The position numbers and the translations under genes were made by a program. This document shows, in pieces, positions 39,388-53,000 of a stretch of 64,000 nt of DNA. This DNA comes from Haliotis rufescens. Taxonomy: Eukaryota. The first letter of the stretch is position 1. Every line of letters begins with the position of its first letter. A model generated the notes under the pieces. That model did not search any database. It saw only the letters and a program-made list of their open reading frames with translations, and was not told the origin of the DNA. The stretch is from NCBI RefSeq assembly GCF_023055435.1, contig NW_025964372.1:49414001-49478000 (forward strand), given 5' to 3'.

Positions 39388-39654
39388 GTTGGCGCTGCCA
39401 GAACGGAATGACGGTGTTTTTTTCCAGTCCAGCTTCAGTAGTGGAATGACGGTGGTTTTCCCAGCCCTTCTTCATTTGTGGAATGACGGGTGGGTTTTAC
39501 CATGACATGGGATCCATGACTCCAGTCACGTGATTCCCCCCATACAGAGATACTACGCAGTTCCACAGACTGGACTCTGAACAGTGTCCTGGACATTTTG
39601 TTTTATTTCTCAGTTCATTAAAGAAGTTTTACCGACACAAGCCAACATATCAAA
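39388..39654. promoter_or_regulatory. Putative bidirectional promoter A2/B2
   Basis: 267 nt; shares GACGGGTGGGTTT, CTCCAGTCACGTGAT (E-box 39525-39534) and CGCAGTTCCACAGAC with the A1/B1 spacer; overlapping kB-like GTGATTCCCC. Confidence 0.6.
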
Positions 39655-40124
39655 ATGTTCGGAGTAAGTGGCCTTTTAGTTGTTATCTGTTTCAGTTTCT
39701 TTGTGTATTGATCTGTCATTTCAATGAGTACAAGCGAGTCATGTTCTGATCTCTTTCAGTATACATGTATGTTCTAAATACTTGATACAAAAAAAAAATT
39801 ATTTTGAATTCCTGGTATATTTCCTAGTTTACCTCTAAGAACCAGTGTATACAACAGTCATGTCACCAAGTACCTCTCAGTGTTCGGAGCATGAATCTCT
39901 TTTGCCCAACATGTTGCCTTTATTTCAATAATTATCTAGATAAGTGAGTGAGTGAGTTGGTTTAACGCCACTTGTAACAATATTCCAGTTATATCACGGC
40001 ATGTTGTGGGAGGGAAGTCGGACGCGATGCAGGCCTCAGACTTTTACCACGGGGGTAAAAGTTTTTTGATGCACTAATGTACTGAAATAATGACCCTCCC
40101 CTAATACATGTTATATTTGTGGAT

Positions 40125-40281
40125 ATAGAGAATCTCACCCGATTCTCTTTTGATATCAAACATATCAACACGAGTTGATAAAAGTGGGGAAACTCCGAGG
40201 CTTGCCGAGGTTTTTTTCCACTTTTATCAACGAATGTTGATATATTTGATATCAAAAGACACGAGGGTGAGATTTTTTTAT
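40125..40281. mobile_element. Hairpin palindromic DNA element
   Basis: AATCTCACCC...GATAAAAGTGG / CCACTTTTATC...GGGTGAGATT arms around CCGAGGCTTGCCGAGG. Confidence 0.7.
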
Positions 40282-42104
40282 CATCCAACATTTTTCTTCC
40301 ACCTTTTACAGTTTGTAGAAAGTAATCAGCAGTGTCTTAAGTGTAAAAAGTACTCCTAACAGCTTCAGTAGCAGAGCCATTAGTGAAGTCATTTGATTGT
40401 GACGTCATGGTAACCAATGACGTCACAATGGTCTGCAAAGCATTGTGATGCGATGTCATTGCAGCGATATCTACCGTGGGAGACAGTTTTGGATGATAAA
40501 AGTCTCTCTTGGCCCTAGTACTCATTTTTATGACCTTCTCTGAAAAGACATAATGCAAATTAAAACACTTTATATTTTATTATGAAATGCCATGTTTTTC
40601 ATGACCCTCCACAAATATAAGACTTAGTATAATTATTATAAACCTCCGTCCCTTGACAGACGACACAAATGGTCTTCACATATGGTACCCATGTCGGGAA
40701 TCGAACCCGGGTCTTCGGCGTGACGTGCGAACGCTTTAACCACAAGGCTACCCGACCGCCCCAACAAATAAGTATATCAAGTGGCAGTTCGAAGCAGAAG
40801 GGGCGGTGGGGTAGTGGTTAAAGCGTTCGCTCGTCTCGCATTTCTGGTGTCCCCCGTCGTGATCTTGCTGGAATGTTGCTAAAAGCTGCGTAAAACCATC
40901 CTCAATCACGTCAAAGAAGCAGAAGTGTGGCTGAAGACAGGGCTGACTTATTTATTTCAGCAATCCTTATTAAAAAAATACCAAGCAGATTCTTGATAAA
41001 GGTCCCAGCATCTGTATTTATATTACCATATCAGGACGGCAGATACGAACAATGGGTTTAAACTAGGACTGAATATATGCATGAAAAATCTTTGTCACAG
41101 CTTGTAACCTAAAATGATACATCCACGAAGCTCCATATTTTTAATATAGATCGCGATTTCCTGCTTAAAACGTTCAGAATAACACGATTTAACCAAAATA
41201 TTTCGTAAAAATCTTAAATTCATCGTACACGAGGATTTGTAATTTGATTGCCTGCCTCAAGTCACGTGCTCAAATTTGACCAATCATTAACCTTGTAGCA
41301 GATTTCGGCAAGAAAGCGTCGTTAGAAACAATTTGTTATCCAATGAAATCTGATGTTATAGCAACGAAAAGACTCCAGGCAATGTTACGAGCGTGTAGAT
41401 GAACAAACAAGCTTTCTTCGACGAACGTGTTATTCATACGAAGCTTTCGAAAACGGAGGTATCTCTTCATGTTACTGAGCGGACAGCCGCTGTTATCCGG
41501 AAATGGGTGATAACAGATACTATTCATAATTCTTTTTTAAATAATTTTTCAATAACGTAAATAATGAAAATAAAAAAAGAAATGATAAGTAGATCTTTTG
41601 AAATCTTATATTTGCCCCAAATCGTCAAATTTTCGTTTTTTTGGTCCTTAATTTGGACGTTATGAATGTGTTAGCTCACATTTTTATAATTTACAACGAA
41701 CGTAATTAAGTTGTCAATGCATTATTTAAATAATGTGATAAACACAACTTTCATATTTATAAACACTAGGATAAGACCTTTCAAATGTTGTATAACATGG
41801 CTGTTGCTATAATTGTTTTTAATTGTTTTTTGCCTTAATACATGAAAATGGCAAATCATTAGTTACTGGACACTGGTACATTTAGTATTTACTCCTACCA
41901 TCTAGTCACAACTCACAAATATGTAGGACTGTTACTTTTGTGTTTGCTAGCCATTACATGGAAATGGCAGATGATTTATTAAGTTAAATTACTCATTACA
42001 GTGTATATTTTATGACTCATGAACATTCATTCACTTTCATTTAATTTTTCATTTTAATAAACAAAGTTATATTCATTTATCTCTTGTCTTCTCTTGTCAC
42101 AATA

Positions 42105-42196
42105 TGTATCGTAGCGTATCGAGATACGTATCGATTCGTGATGTAAGTATCGAGATACGTATCGTGTCGTGACTTAGGTGTATCGTTGCAGCCCTA
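42105..42196. mobile_element. hAT-like transposon terminus
   Basis: Subterminal GTATCG repeats ending in ...GTATCGTTGCAGCCCTA (TAGGGCTG-type TIR). Confidence 0.5.
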
Positions 42197-45100
42197 AACT
42201 GTATACATTGGATACACTGAGCCCATGGTGATGCAGGGGAAGATTAGAGTGTGACTTGAGCTCAGTTGTCTCCTCAACGTCCAAATCCTATCCAGCTATG
42301 CGGAAGGTTACCTTCAAGAAGGAATGGGTATCAACCGAGACGAAGTCACTGTCAGCCAGTATATCGATTATCGAATTACAGACAATGCCTGGTGTAAACG
42401 TGTCGTGAAGTTTCTATTCCACTGTGGTGAACAGGCAATATGCTACAGTAGCGCCAAAAAAACGTTTGAATAAATAAAAGGTTATCGACGTGAATACCCC
42501 ATATATGTCCATATATCACAGGTAGCAAGGAATTAGCCGACTGTTGTCTGACATGAGCGCTGCCAATGTGGTTAACATGAAAAATACACAACCTTGTCAA
42601 TTAATTGATTCAATTTTGTCTTTTCAGAGGTCCTACAAATCCTTCCCGTTGTATGTAAGTATAAGGATCGATCTGATTGGATCATTATAATCTTACATAT
42701 TAATATGAATTTAATAAACAGAAACTACAATTTATGATTCAATGCGGTTTAAAATATCATTTTGAATATTACAAATATCCGCACTATACAGATAGTCTTA
42801 CAGCTGATTCATATATTTCATTTGATGAAGAATATATATACATGATTATCAATATTTAGGACCTTTCTTAGCACAACCCACAGATCAAGAAAACAAGCAG
42901 ATTTGCATATCATGCACATGCATGTAAACCGAGAACCCCTAGATGTGTGCTGTAAAGATACTGAGATAAACACATACTGTCGGGTTGTTCCTGTTGTTAC
43001 GCAGTGGATTAAAGGAAAAGTGGATTGGAGAATAACTGTTAAACTTTGCAGTTGCATTACATGCACGTTTAGAGTGAGTGAGAATGGTTTTACGCCGCTT
43101 TCAGCAATATTCCAGCAATATCACACTTGTACCCATGTCGGGAATCGAAACCGGATCTCCGGCGTGTTGAGCGAACGCTTTAACCACTAGGCTACCCGAC
43201 CGACCCACATGTTTAGAGAGGAGACTGGCATACACATGTGCACATGTAACGGTGTACTCATGCTCCAGTTGCAGTCTCATTATATTGGTTAACTGTGATC
43301 TATAAAGATTTCGACAAAGGGCGCATGTTAATTAATTTCTTCAGCCTGAAAACAAACAGACAAAAAGAACAAGGGAGCTCATCGGATGTCGTCATTTGGA
43401 AATATCCCAGACGGTTATAGTTTAATAATAAAAACAAGTATCCATGCTGTGAAAGCATGTTCGAATTTCGGATTGCGTCGATAATACGATTACTACTCCC
43501 TTGTTGTCATCCACGTTTTCTGGTATAACCCTACACTTGTGTATTTGTCATCATTCACTTGATGCTCAGTTAATGAATTTATTACTGGTACAATTAGTGG
43601 TAGCACCACTTAGATTACCTGACAAAGGTTCCCATTTGGCATTTATTGTGTCTGGGGTAATTATCCAATCTAAATGCAGGTTTGAAGTGAGGTGAAATGG
43701 GTTTTATGTAATATACACGTGGCAGCCCAGCAAGAGGTAAATGATCAGTTGATTTGCTTTTTTTGTAAATCAGCGGATCGTTCCTAGTCATCAAAGGATG
43801 ATTAATCACTGTTATCTTGCACAGTGGATATGTCAAAAGTGAGTGTTTACATGTCTAGGTTTACTAAAACAAAGGGAATACACTCATATCATGGCGTGAA
43901 GTGCCAATGTAAAAACAACATACTTTGTTCAAAGGGTTAACTGATAATACGTTGATTGGTTGCTCATTGTTATCTATCACTCAATGGATTTTTTTATGAA
44001 CCGTGGACGCTTTGAAAATAATTGTCACGTGGGCTTTCTCAGCCGACCCTTGAGTCTTGACACCTATGTGAAACACCTGAAACAATCTAAGTCATCAGTT
44101 GAGAAACGAACACGGGTTATAATATCCCGAAACGATATATATCTTTTAAAATATTTGATTGTTACAGAGACACGTGACATCGATCGCGAATAAGTTTCTT
44201 TGTACAGCTGCAGACGAGTGGGATACTGTTCCTTTGTGTGGATATTCACGGATACATTACTCGAATAAGGAAGCTGCCTAAAATTTATATACATAAATTT
44301 GGTAGGTTGTAATTATGGTATTTGAATTTTGTTTTGCTTCATTTGCTGTAGCATTGAACTGATTCGTTCTTGTTCCTCTACGTCTTGGTTAGGGAAATTC
44401 TTCAATGCGCGATAGACGTTGTTTTCACAGGTCTTTTCCTTTGTCAGCGTGTACATATTACCGCCAATTTGTAAAATGTGATTCTCTCAGGCAATTTAAC
44501 AAATGTGTAAGTATTTCAGTCATTTTGACAGAAAAATCGGCCCAGATTGACTAAAATTGATAAAGACAATCAAAAGGGCCTAAAAACATCACAGCAAAGG
44601 ATTAGAAGCCCAACAACATAGAAATGTACTTTTCAATGTAACATATTCAGTCTCTTGGTGATGACATTAAACATCAAAATGTTTGGAATTCGTTATCATA
44701 ATAATACAGATGGAAATGTTTTTCAGTCACTTTGTAAAATAACTGAATATTTAGGCGTTTAATAAATTTGAAAATGTTACACATTTTGACAGTAAACAAA
44801 TATACACACTATAAAAAAAGCAATGCTCAAGTGAAATATTTACTTTGTGTTGCAAGTCAAAACAGTGTAGACGAAAATCCCAAAATTACCAAGCAAGTGA
44901 CTTCTCAAAACTTCGTCACCATTACCGATGCTACCCACAAAGGTACCTACATTTCCTTATTATCTCGAAAACTGTATTTTATTTTGTTGATCAATGTGAC
45001 CATACGCCCTTATTACTACCCATAAAAGTGACTAATGCGCTTACGAATGGCGCAGCAGAGGTCGCGAACTAGTCTTGATTTCTGCTATACATCCAGGTAT

Positions 45101-46392
45101 TCCCTGGGAAAAAACAATAACAAAGGCAACAACCAGTCCCGGGGAATTGCTTAAGATCAGTGCCCCTTTAACACGAACACCCCACTCAAACACAGTATTA
45201 CTGACTCAACCCGACCTGTCCTTGCTCCTGAATGCCGAGCGCCAGTCAACGTAACAACAAAGGCAGGAAACGTAACATTGCGAAGTGTAGGTTTACCGAA
45301 ATGCGTGCCCTGGAGATATAGTGGATGAGGCTCCTAGCATGATCAAACAACCTAAGCTGGTCGTTAAAGGCGACCAATTATTTGGAAAATAGTTCCAACA
45401 AAGTCCCCCCCCACCTCCCCCCCCCCCCCCCCCCCCCCCCCTATACATCATGTGAGGGCCATGTGATACGAGTGAAATATATTCATGGCTTACAATGATT
45501 ACGAGTCACCAAAAGTCTATTTTCAGTGAAAAAGGTCGATCGTGTCCATGGTGGGTCAGTTGGTTTTGTGGAAAAGCCATTAAAAGCATGAGGGCAGTAA
45601 GCTACGTTCTATTCGTCTGACAAAGCGTTCATTCGACATGTATTCCTTGCAAATCATCTTTACGTTACATATCAAGCGGCGGTTATCACCTGGAGTAGGT
45701 GACCCGTGAAGATCTCGGTTAGAATGGTTCTAAGCTTGTCGTAAGTCTAACGGGAACGGGTGGTCAGGCTCGCTGACTTGGTTGATGCATGTCATCGATC
45801 CCGTCTGTCACTGGATTGTCTGGTCCAGACTCGATTATTTACAGGCCGCTGTCATGTAGCTGGAATATTGCTGAGAGCGGCGTTAAACAACAAACAAACC
45901 TGAAGCAGGTAGCGAGGCTGTCGCCAATATCTCGGAAAAATCAACGTTATTAATACTAGTGACCAAACGTACTTTATTATATGACAGTTATCTCATGTTC
46001 AAAGATAAAATAATTATTATCACTATTTAGGACCTTTCTTAGCACAACACCCAGATCAAGAAAACATGCAAATTTGCATATCATGCACATGCATGTAAAC
46101 CGAGAACCCCTAGATGTGTGCTGTAAAGATACTGAGATAAACACATACTGTCGGGTTGTTCCTGTTGTTACGCAGTGGATTAAAGGAAAAGTAGATTGGA
46201 GAATAACTGCTGTTTAACTTTGCATTTGCACGTTTAGAGTGAGTGAGTATGGTTTTACGCCGCTTTTAGCAATATTCCAGCAATATCACGGGGGAGGACA
46301 CCAAAAAATGGGCTTCACACTTGTACCCATGTCGGGAATCGACCCGGGGTCTTCGGCGTGACGGCGTGACGGCGTGACGGCGTGACGGCGTG

Positions 46393-49300
46393 TTATTTCA
46401 TTTTTGAAAAGGTTATTTCGTCTCGAGCATCAAGGTGGACCATGAATCTGTAGCGTCCGCGGCCAGAGGATACCACATATTCATGACCCTGTAAGCCAAT
46501 GAACGTCACTGTAGCATCCCGCCACACTGCAGGCTTGTAATGTTCCAGGTAAGAGATGCAGACTTGGATCTGTCGCCGTAGATACGTCCCCTTCTCGTCT
46601 GTCTCTGTACCTTCGTGGCCGACTGTCTTGATGATCAGCTTTCCCAGCGTCCTCTTGTTGACTTCCTGCACTTGAAGCTGAAACAGGAAATACGCATCGA
46701 TAAATGACTTTCGTTAACTTCAACCTGCATAAGCGACATCGACATGAGTGTTTGTTTGTTTTGTTTGGTTGTTGTAAACAATCGAGTCTGTACCAGACAA
46801 TCCAGTGATTGATATCATGAGCATCAGTTATTTGGGATACGATGACCTGCATCAACCAGGTCAGCCTGTCTGACCACCCGATCCCGTCAGTCGCCTCTTA
46901 GGACAAGCATAGTCGTCTTTTACGGCAAGCGTGGGTTGCTGAAGACCTATTCTACTCCGGAATCTTCACGGGTCTGACCAAGTTCAGTTTATGTTGTGGT
47001 GCTTCCATACAATGATTATGTTCTTTAAGGTCGTGTCAGTGGGAAGAACTACGAACTACAAAAGAAAAGTTAGGAATACAAAATAAAAGATGAAACTAAC
47101 TGCATACGGCGAGCTGCGAAGTAATTTCTCCTTGCTCATTAAATGAAGTATAAACTTGACACATAATGCTTGAAATCCATCTGTGCGTGTAAATTTAATA
47201 TTCTCCTGAGGCGTTACTGCTTCGTTTTCATTATAAATCATAAAATTTTATATAAACCTGAGAAAGGTGAATAATTGCGTGGATCGATGCTCATGATATC
47301 AATCACTAGAGACTCGATTATTTACAGAGTGTCGACATAGCTGGAATATTGCTGAGTGCGGCGTTAAACAACAAACCAACCAACCAACTAAACTTGGTCT
47401 AAGTGACATATCAAATGATGTCACTGTCACTTGGTCGAAAACCAGTCTAGTCACGGCCTGGTGATCACACCGCTCCTCCGCTTAATTTGCCCGGCTTCCG
47501 TCACCATTCGGAAAAGTCCGGCAGTCATCGTCATCCAGTGTTTTTGATTTCCTTGTCAGAGAACAAGTGACCTTAAGTAAGGATAAGATATATGGATGAA
47601 CAATTTCTTTATTACAAATATGAGCGACGTTTCGGTGTAGGTTATAACTCCGTTATCAACCAAGTGATGTTCAGAGTTTAGTTGACAAGTATTTATACGG
47701 GATAGGAGGCAGTGTTTCTTCATTTGAGTAGGTTGAAGATGCAGGTACACTGGCGTGGGGAAGCCTGTTATGTACACAGAAGGATAGAACATATTTCCCG
47801 GTGTAGCCTGTTGTATGGTTTGTTTGTTGTTTAACGCCGCACTCAGCAATTTTCCAGCTATATGACGGCGGTCTGTAAATAATCGAGTCTGGACCAGACA
47901 ATCCAGTGATTGACAGCATGAACATCGATCCACGCAATTGGGATCGACGACATGTATCAACCAAGTCAGCGTGCCTGACCACCTTTTACGACAAGCATAG
48001 TCACCTTTTACGACAAGGATGGGTTGCTGAAGACCTATTCTATCTCGGAATCTTCACTGGTCGCCTGTGATATGAATCAAATGGGGAAGCCAGTAATGTA
48101 AACAGTAAAAAGGATTGTGGCTGATTGGGGTCTTCGATGAGTTGGTGGTACACCGGTGGTATGTCGTAGCCTTGGTCACGATTGATTGGTGGTTGGAGTT
48201 GGAGTCTTTTGATGTTGATGGCTTCTTGTAGTTTTCTGATTTTGAAGTCTTTGAGGTTGGTATGGCCTCAACTGCGATGGAGAGATGTCTGATTCAGCGA
48301 CGAATCAAGATTTCTCCTCCGTCGAGAGGTTGGAAGACCACGTCGGGGAGAACGTTATGCCGGAAACTGCGTACAGGAAGTGGACATGTTTGGTGGGGGT
48401 AGCGTTATTATGTGGGCGACTATCTCTCATCTTGGCAGGACAGGTCTGGTCCATATCCAGGTCAATTTTACGGCTCAACGATACAACAACGAAATTCTCC
48501 TACCACACGTCCTCCCAATTGCAGCAGACGGCAACGGTGTATTCAAGCAGGACAACGCTCTACCGCATACGCAACGGATCACAAGAGCCTGTCCACATTT
48601 TTCTCCCCTGGTCCTCCAGATCCCTGGATTTGAATCCCGTGAGCACCTGTGGGAAGAATTGGATAGACGGCTACGCCGACGTCGACCACAACGGCAGACG
48701 TTGCAGCAGTTGGCTTTTGCGTTGCAGGCCGAGTGGGCGACCATTCCCCAGGATGTGATTCGCATACTCGTCTCTGTCATGGACAGGAGATGTCAGGACG
48801 CTATCGATTCCAACGGGGGACATATGCGTTATTGATGGTAGCTGACCTTCATCATGGACATTTCCTATGTACCGATAACTGAGATGACTACAATCATCAA
48901 GTGTTCTCTCTTCAATATCTTTGCTGAATACCTTGTACTGTTCCTCGTTTAAATATATTTTCCTACCTTTACGCTACGTGATTTTTTAAGAGTACATTAT
49001 GACAGGACAGAAGTACTCACCAAAACAGTTGGAGCATGCGCTGACGATTTCTTTTGATATTCAACCTGAAATAAGGGTGAAAGTAAACTGCATTGTTTAT
49101 CTATGACATGATTTGTTGTTGAGGTGGATGCAGAAATACATCGCCCGGGGTTCAAATATACTCTTTAGGGAGTAGGGAGTCATGAACTAGAAATGTTAAT
49201 ACCAAGTATTAGAACAAAGATAAGTGTTGCAACAAACATCCTATGCATGAACGTTAATGTCACACGTTTCACTGTGTTTTTGTGTTCTTATATTTGGGTC

Positions 49301-49852
49301 GTTGCCAATGAGAAGGCCACAAACAAATGTAAACATATCTCCTCCGCGTTTGCCATATTGGGAAAGGGGTCTTACGAAAACTATTTTACACTGCGCTGTT
49401 TCAATGAAATGTGTTCTATGTTTTGCATGACCAGATACTTGAAATGGTGTACGCGACATTACAGTCATGTTTATCAGAATGGCGACCAGTCACCAATTTA
49501 TTGCAAATGTTCATTTGCCCCACCTACCATCACAACTGTAATGTCCGGACGAACCTATAGCGTTCTCATTCAGAGGGCATGAGGTAAACCACAATATATT
49601 ATGCCTTTCACAACTTGAATGAATGAACCATCCACGAAATAATCTTGTCGAAATGAGAATAAATATACCTACTTAAGGAACATATTAAAGAACACCGCAA
49701 ACCCCTTTCACGGTCAAAAGAAAGTCGACTGTACGATTCTGACTGTATTATAAACGTGTGTTTATGAAACACTTTCAAATGGGGATGATACTAGGTGTTC
49801 GCGTCATGAAACAACAGACAACATTACAGAATCTACTTACCGTGTTGCCCAT
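46393..49852 (-). CDS. Gene A3: 113-aa divergent paralogue; exons 49852-49841, 49065-49021, 46677-46393
   Basis: ATGGGCAACACG|GTAAGT; TTTCAG|VEYQKKSSAHAPTVL|GTGAGT; TTTCAG|LQVQEVNKRTLGKLIIKTVGHEG...KMK*. Many substitutions relative to A1/A2 are synonymous or conservative and the frame is preserved. Confidence 0.82.
47560..48260 (-). mobile_element. Penelope-like fragment with degenerate hammerhead motif, interrupted by a family-2 element (47818-48062)
   Basis: Minus strand TTGATAA-CGGAGT-TATAACCT-ACACC-GAAAC-GTC at about 47659-47626. Confidence 0.4.
48270..48835 (+). mobile_element. Tc1 transposase remnant in A3 intron 2
   Basis: FGGGSVIMWATIS, FKQDNALPH, LPWSSRSLDLNP / EHLWEEL (frameshifted DDE domain). 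Confidence 0.9.
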
Positions 49853-50024
49853 GTTCACGTCGGATCAGGTAGATGTGGTGAGCGGCCGAGTCACTGTGCT
49901 CAACAGACATCAATAAACCTTTCGTGGAAAAATATTTATAGAATTAGTGCTTCCCGGAATCGATCAATAAGCCATACTCGAGAGTACCCTGCAAACGTCA
50001 TCCGAACAAGCTCAACGCGTGAAG
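49853..50024. promoter_or_regulatory. Putative bidirectional promoter A3/B3
   Basis: 172 nt between divergent ATGs; TTCCCGGAA (GAS/STAT consensus, 49951-49959) and TTCGTGGAA (49921-49929). Confidence 0.5.
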
Positions 50025-53000
50025 ATGGGAAACGTAAGTAATCATTTCTGTCTTAATTAGAAATGTTCCAGGATTCTTTGTGAAATATTGCTGGGTAATG
50101 AAACCCAGTTAGCCATGACCTCGTTTGTCTGGAAACTCCAGGTTCCGGAAAATTGCTGTTATGAAACTTCACAAAAATACAAGGACTAACTCCGTATCCA
50201 TGGTTCGTTTCGCCCAGAAAGTTCAAACAACAGTTAGGGTCATGAAAACCTCTTCGAAAAAGGGAAACGGTATAATCAGTACAAATATTATTTTATGATG
50301 AAACTAGAATTATTGTGGCATCCATAAATTCTCTTCCTTATTTACTGAGGGGGCGCGATTCGCTGTGCAGAGTTGCGTCCCTTGACCACGCCAGAAACCT
50401 ATGATTGTGGGTTCGTATCCCGGTTCGCCCAAATCATGTTTCTAGGTTTGTCAATACCATACTCGTGCTCGTGGGTTTCGCCGAAGTGGTAAATGTCCGA
50501 GACCTGCATCACTTCGGGCTTTCCTCCCACTTTGAGCTGACTGTATAACTGTAATACGGTTAAAAGCGGTGTTAAACCCAACTCACTCACTCCTTATGCA
50601 CTGCCCAGGTTTATATAACACGGTTGCAATGCTCCAGGCTTGACTTGATTTTTCGTGTTCTTTTTCTTATCTGTTGTTGTGACATACAGCGGTATGTGGC
50701 GCTCAAGGGCTTTTTACTTCTAGTCCCTGTGTAATGTTATCAACACTTGTGGCAAGCCGATATCTAAATGCAAAAGATCCCTCCGCTCCTCCTAAATGAA
50801 TATCCTCTGTAATCTTAAGGTGACAACCCACACGCCTCTAACACACGGCGCAACGACTTGACAAACGTACCGGGCGGAGGGGTGGGCTGGGGTGGGGTGG
50901 GGTGGGATGGGATGGGATGGGTCGGGATGGGGTGGGGTGGGGTGGGGTGAGGGGAGAGCAGTGGCACACAGTTCACCCAACCTTTGTCAAAGAATGACAA
51001 CATATGGTATGCCATGTGTAGCGCGGTGCGACAGATTGTGAAGCTGTTCCTGGACCTAAGGGTGACCAGGCCATGTCACACAATGAGACTTGCAGAATCT
51101 ATTCACCAACGTGAACAGTTTTAGAAGCACTTTATCACTATGCATGTGGCGTCAGAATACACAACTGCTTGTCGGGGCTTTAATTTTTCACACTGGAAGG
51201 TAACAGAGTCGACTTTCTAAACAAGCTGCCCAGGAAAATATGTTGACAGGTGTGGTCATATCTGATTTTTTTACGTATTTTGAAGAATAGTAGGCGTGAT
51301 CGGTAAAATCTGTGCTAGAGTTTACCTTTTAGTCTCCAAACGCCTCTCTGTGTCATCCCAGGGACCAGTCTGTGAGAGGACTCTAGTCCTGCGTCGACGT
51401 GCACTATGCTTATGATATTCAGTTGATTAGAAAGACCAGAAACGCAATATATCTCAACACAGCAAGACCCGTGAAGATCCGGGGTAGAATAGGTCTTCAG
51501 CAACCCATACTTGCCGTAAAAGGCGACTATGTTTGTCGTTAGAGGCGACTAACGGGTTCCGGTGGTCAGGCTCGCTGACTTGGTTGATGCATGTCATCGT
51601 AACTCTATTACGTTGATCGATGCTCATGATGTCAATACCTGGATTGTCTGGTCCAGACTCGATTATTTACAGACCGCCGTCATATAGCTGGAATATTGCT
51701 GAGTGCGGCGTTAAACAACAAACAAACAAACAAAAATATGCAGGCAGGGGAGATAATCCATATCGCAGACAAAATTGGATGTTGCACTTTGACATTTCCC
51801 TTGGCGCTCACTGCATTAGCGATTTGTTTGCAATTTAAAAAAAAATCTAAATAGTTGAAGTCTGCAGCCACTGGTCCTGTAAGAACAAAATGATTTCATG
51901 TCGCGTAAGGGGTTGAAGTAGCGTAAAATTATTGTCCCCCTAACAGGGTATGTCAGTCCCACATCATTCAATGTATTGTTATGCATACCAGAATTTTAAA
52001 ACGTAGTATTTTTGTCATTTTAATCTAAGGCTTAACTGGTAAACTATCGCCAGTGACTGAAGGGATGATATAAATTAAATCCAGCCAGGGCCCATGCAGG
52101 AAGAAAAGGCACTGTAAGTCCCCATTGTCCCAGGTATGGTGATCTCCCTTTAGTTACACACGATCTCTAGCCCATTTTTATATTGTGTTGTAAATTCTTT
52201 CTGCTTTTATATGTTCCTCAACTAGCTTTAATACACTCTGTGATATTCTAGTTATTGTACTGTCCTTTGATGACAGGTTTTTATAAAGTATATATACTTA
52301 TATGTTATTAATGTATTAATTCTCGTCACTATATTGCTGAAATATTGCCGATGTGACGTTAAATTCTCACTCACTCACTCATGTCGCGTAAGAACGAATA
52401 ATTGGTATAGTTGACAGCCACATCCCGTTTTGTCGATCAGGTTATCTGACACCTGGAATATGTCGCACTGAAAGCTTAACACTGTGTCCAGGAGGCTAAC
52501 CAACACAGTCAGGCTATAGACCGAAACAGGCTATAACGTCACGGTTGAGTGATTTCTATATTTGAACAATATAGACTTTTCATTTCTTAGTAGCTAACAT
52601 TTGTTGAAGTGTTGCCAACATCTGGCCATAGATATGCCTGCTCGCTCTTGATTGGACGTAGGCATGACAACCCATGTAAACCTTCCGGGTACATTCTGCG
52701 TATTATTGTCGGTCAGGTCAAGTTCAAGTGTATCCTCATAAATCACAACATGTGATACAGAGAGGATATAAATACATCTGTACACATATACAGACATAGA
52801 TTTGTTCAGTGAGAATTCGTAGATTGTAATAATAAAGCTTGGAGTTGATTGCTTAACTCTAAGTATACGCTTGAAATATTTCAAATGGATTCTTTCAATC
52901 ATAACTGACATTACAAGGCCCCGCAGTTCAGAGGCGTATAATATTGGTTGAATGGTGTGGTATGGTTATCGAATTATGTTAATAGACTAAACGTATGCAT

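Larger units (their letters stand above)
39655..42654 (+). pseudogene. Gene B2, apparently truncated: exons 39655-39663 (MFG) and 42628-42654 (RSYKSFPLY); no terminal exon found before A3
   Basis: ATGTTCGGA|GTAAGT in the same promoter context as B1; TTTCAG|27 nt|GTAAGT homologous to B1 exon 2; I could not find a B1 exon 3 or exon 4 homologue between 42655 and 46390. Confidence 0.6.

Noticed and set aside
49012-49068. TACTCACCAAAA... as a Tc1 terminal repeat
   Set aside because: Better explained as A3 exon 2: 45 nt, canonical splice sites, SAHAPTVL matches SAHEPSVL.
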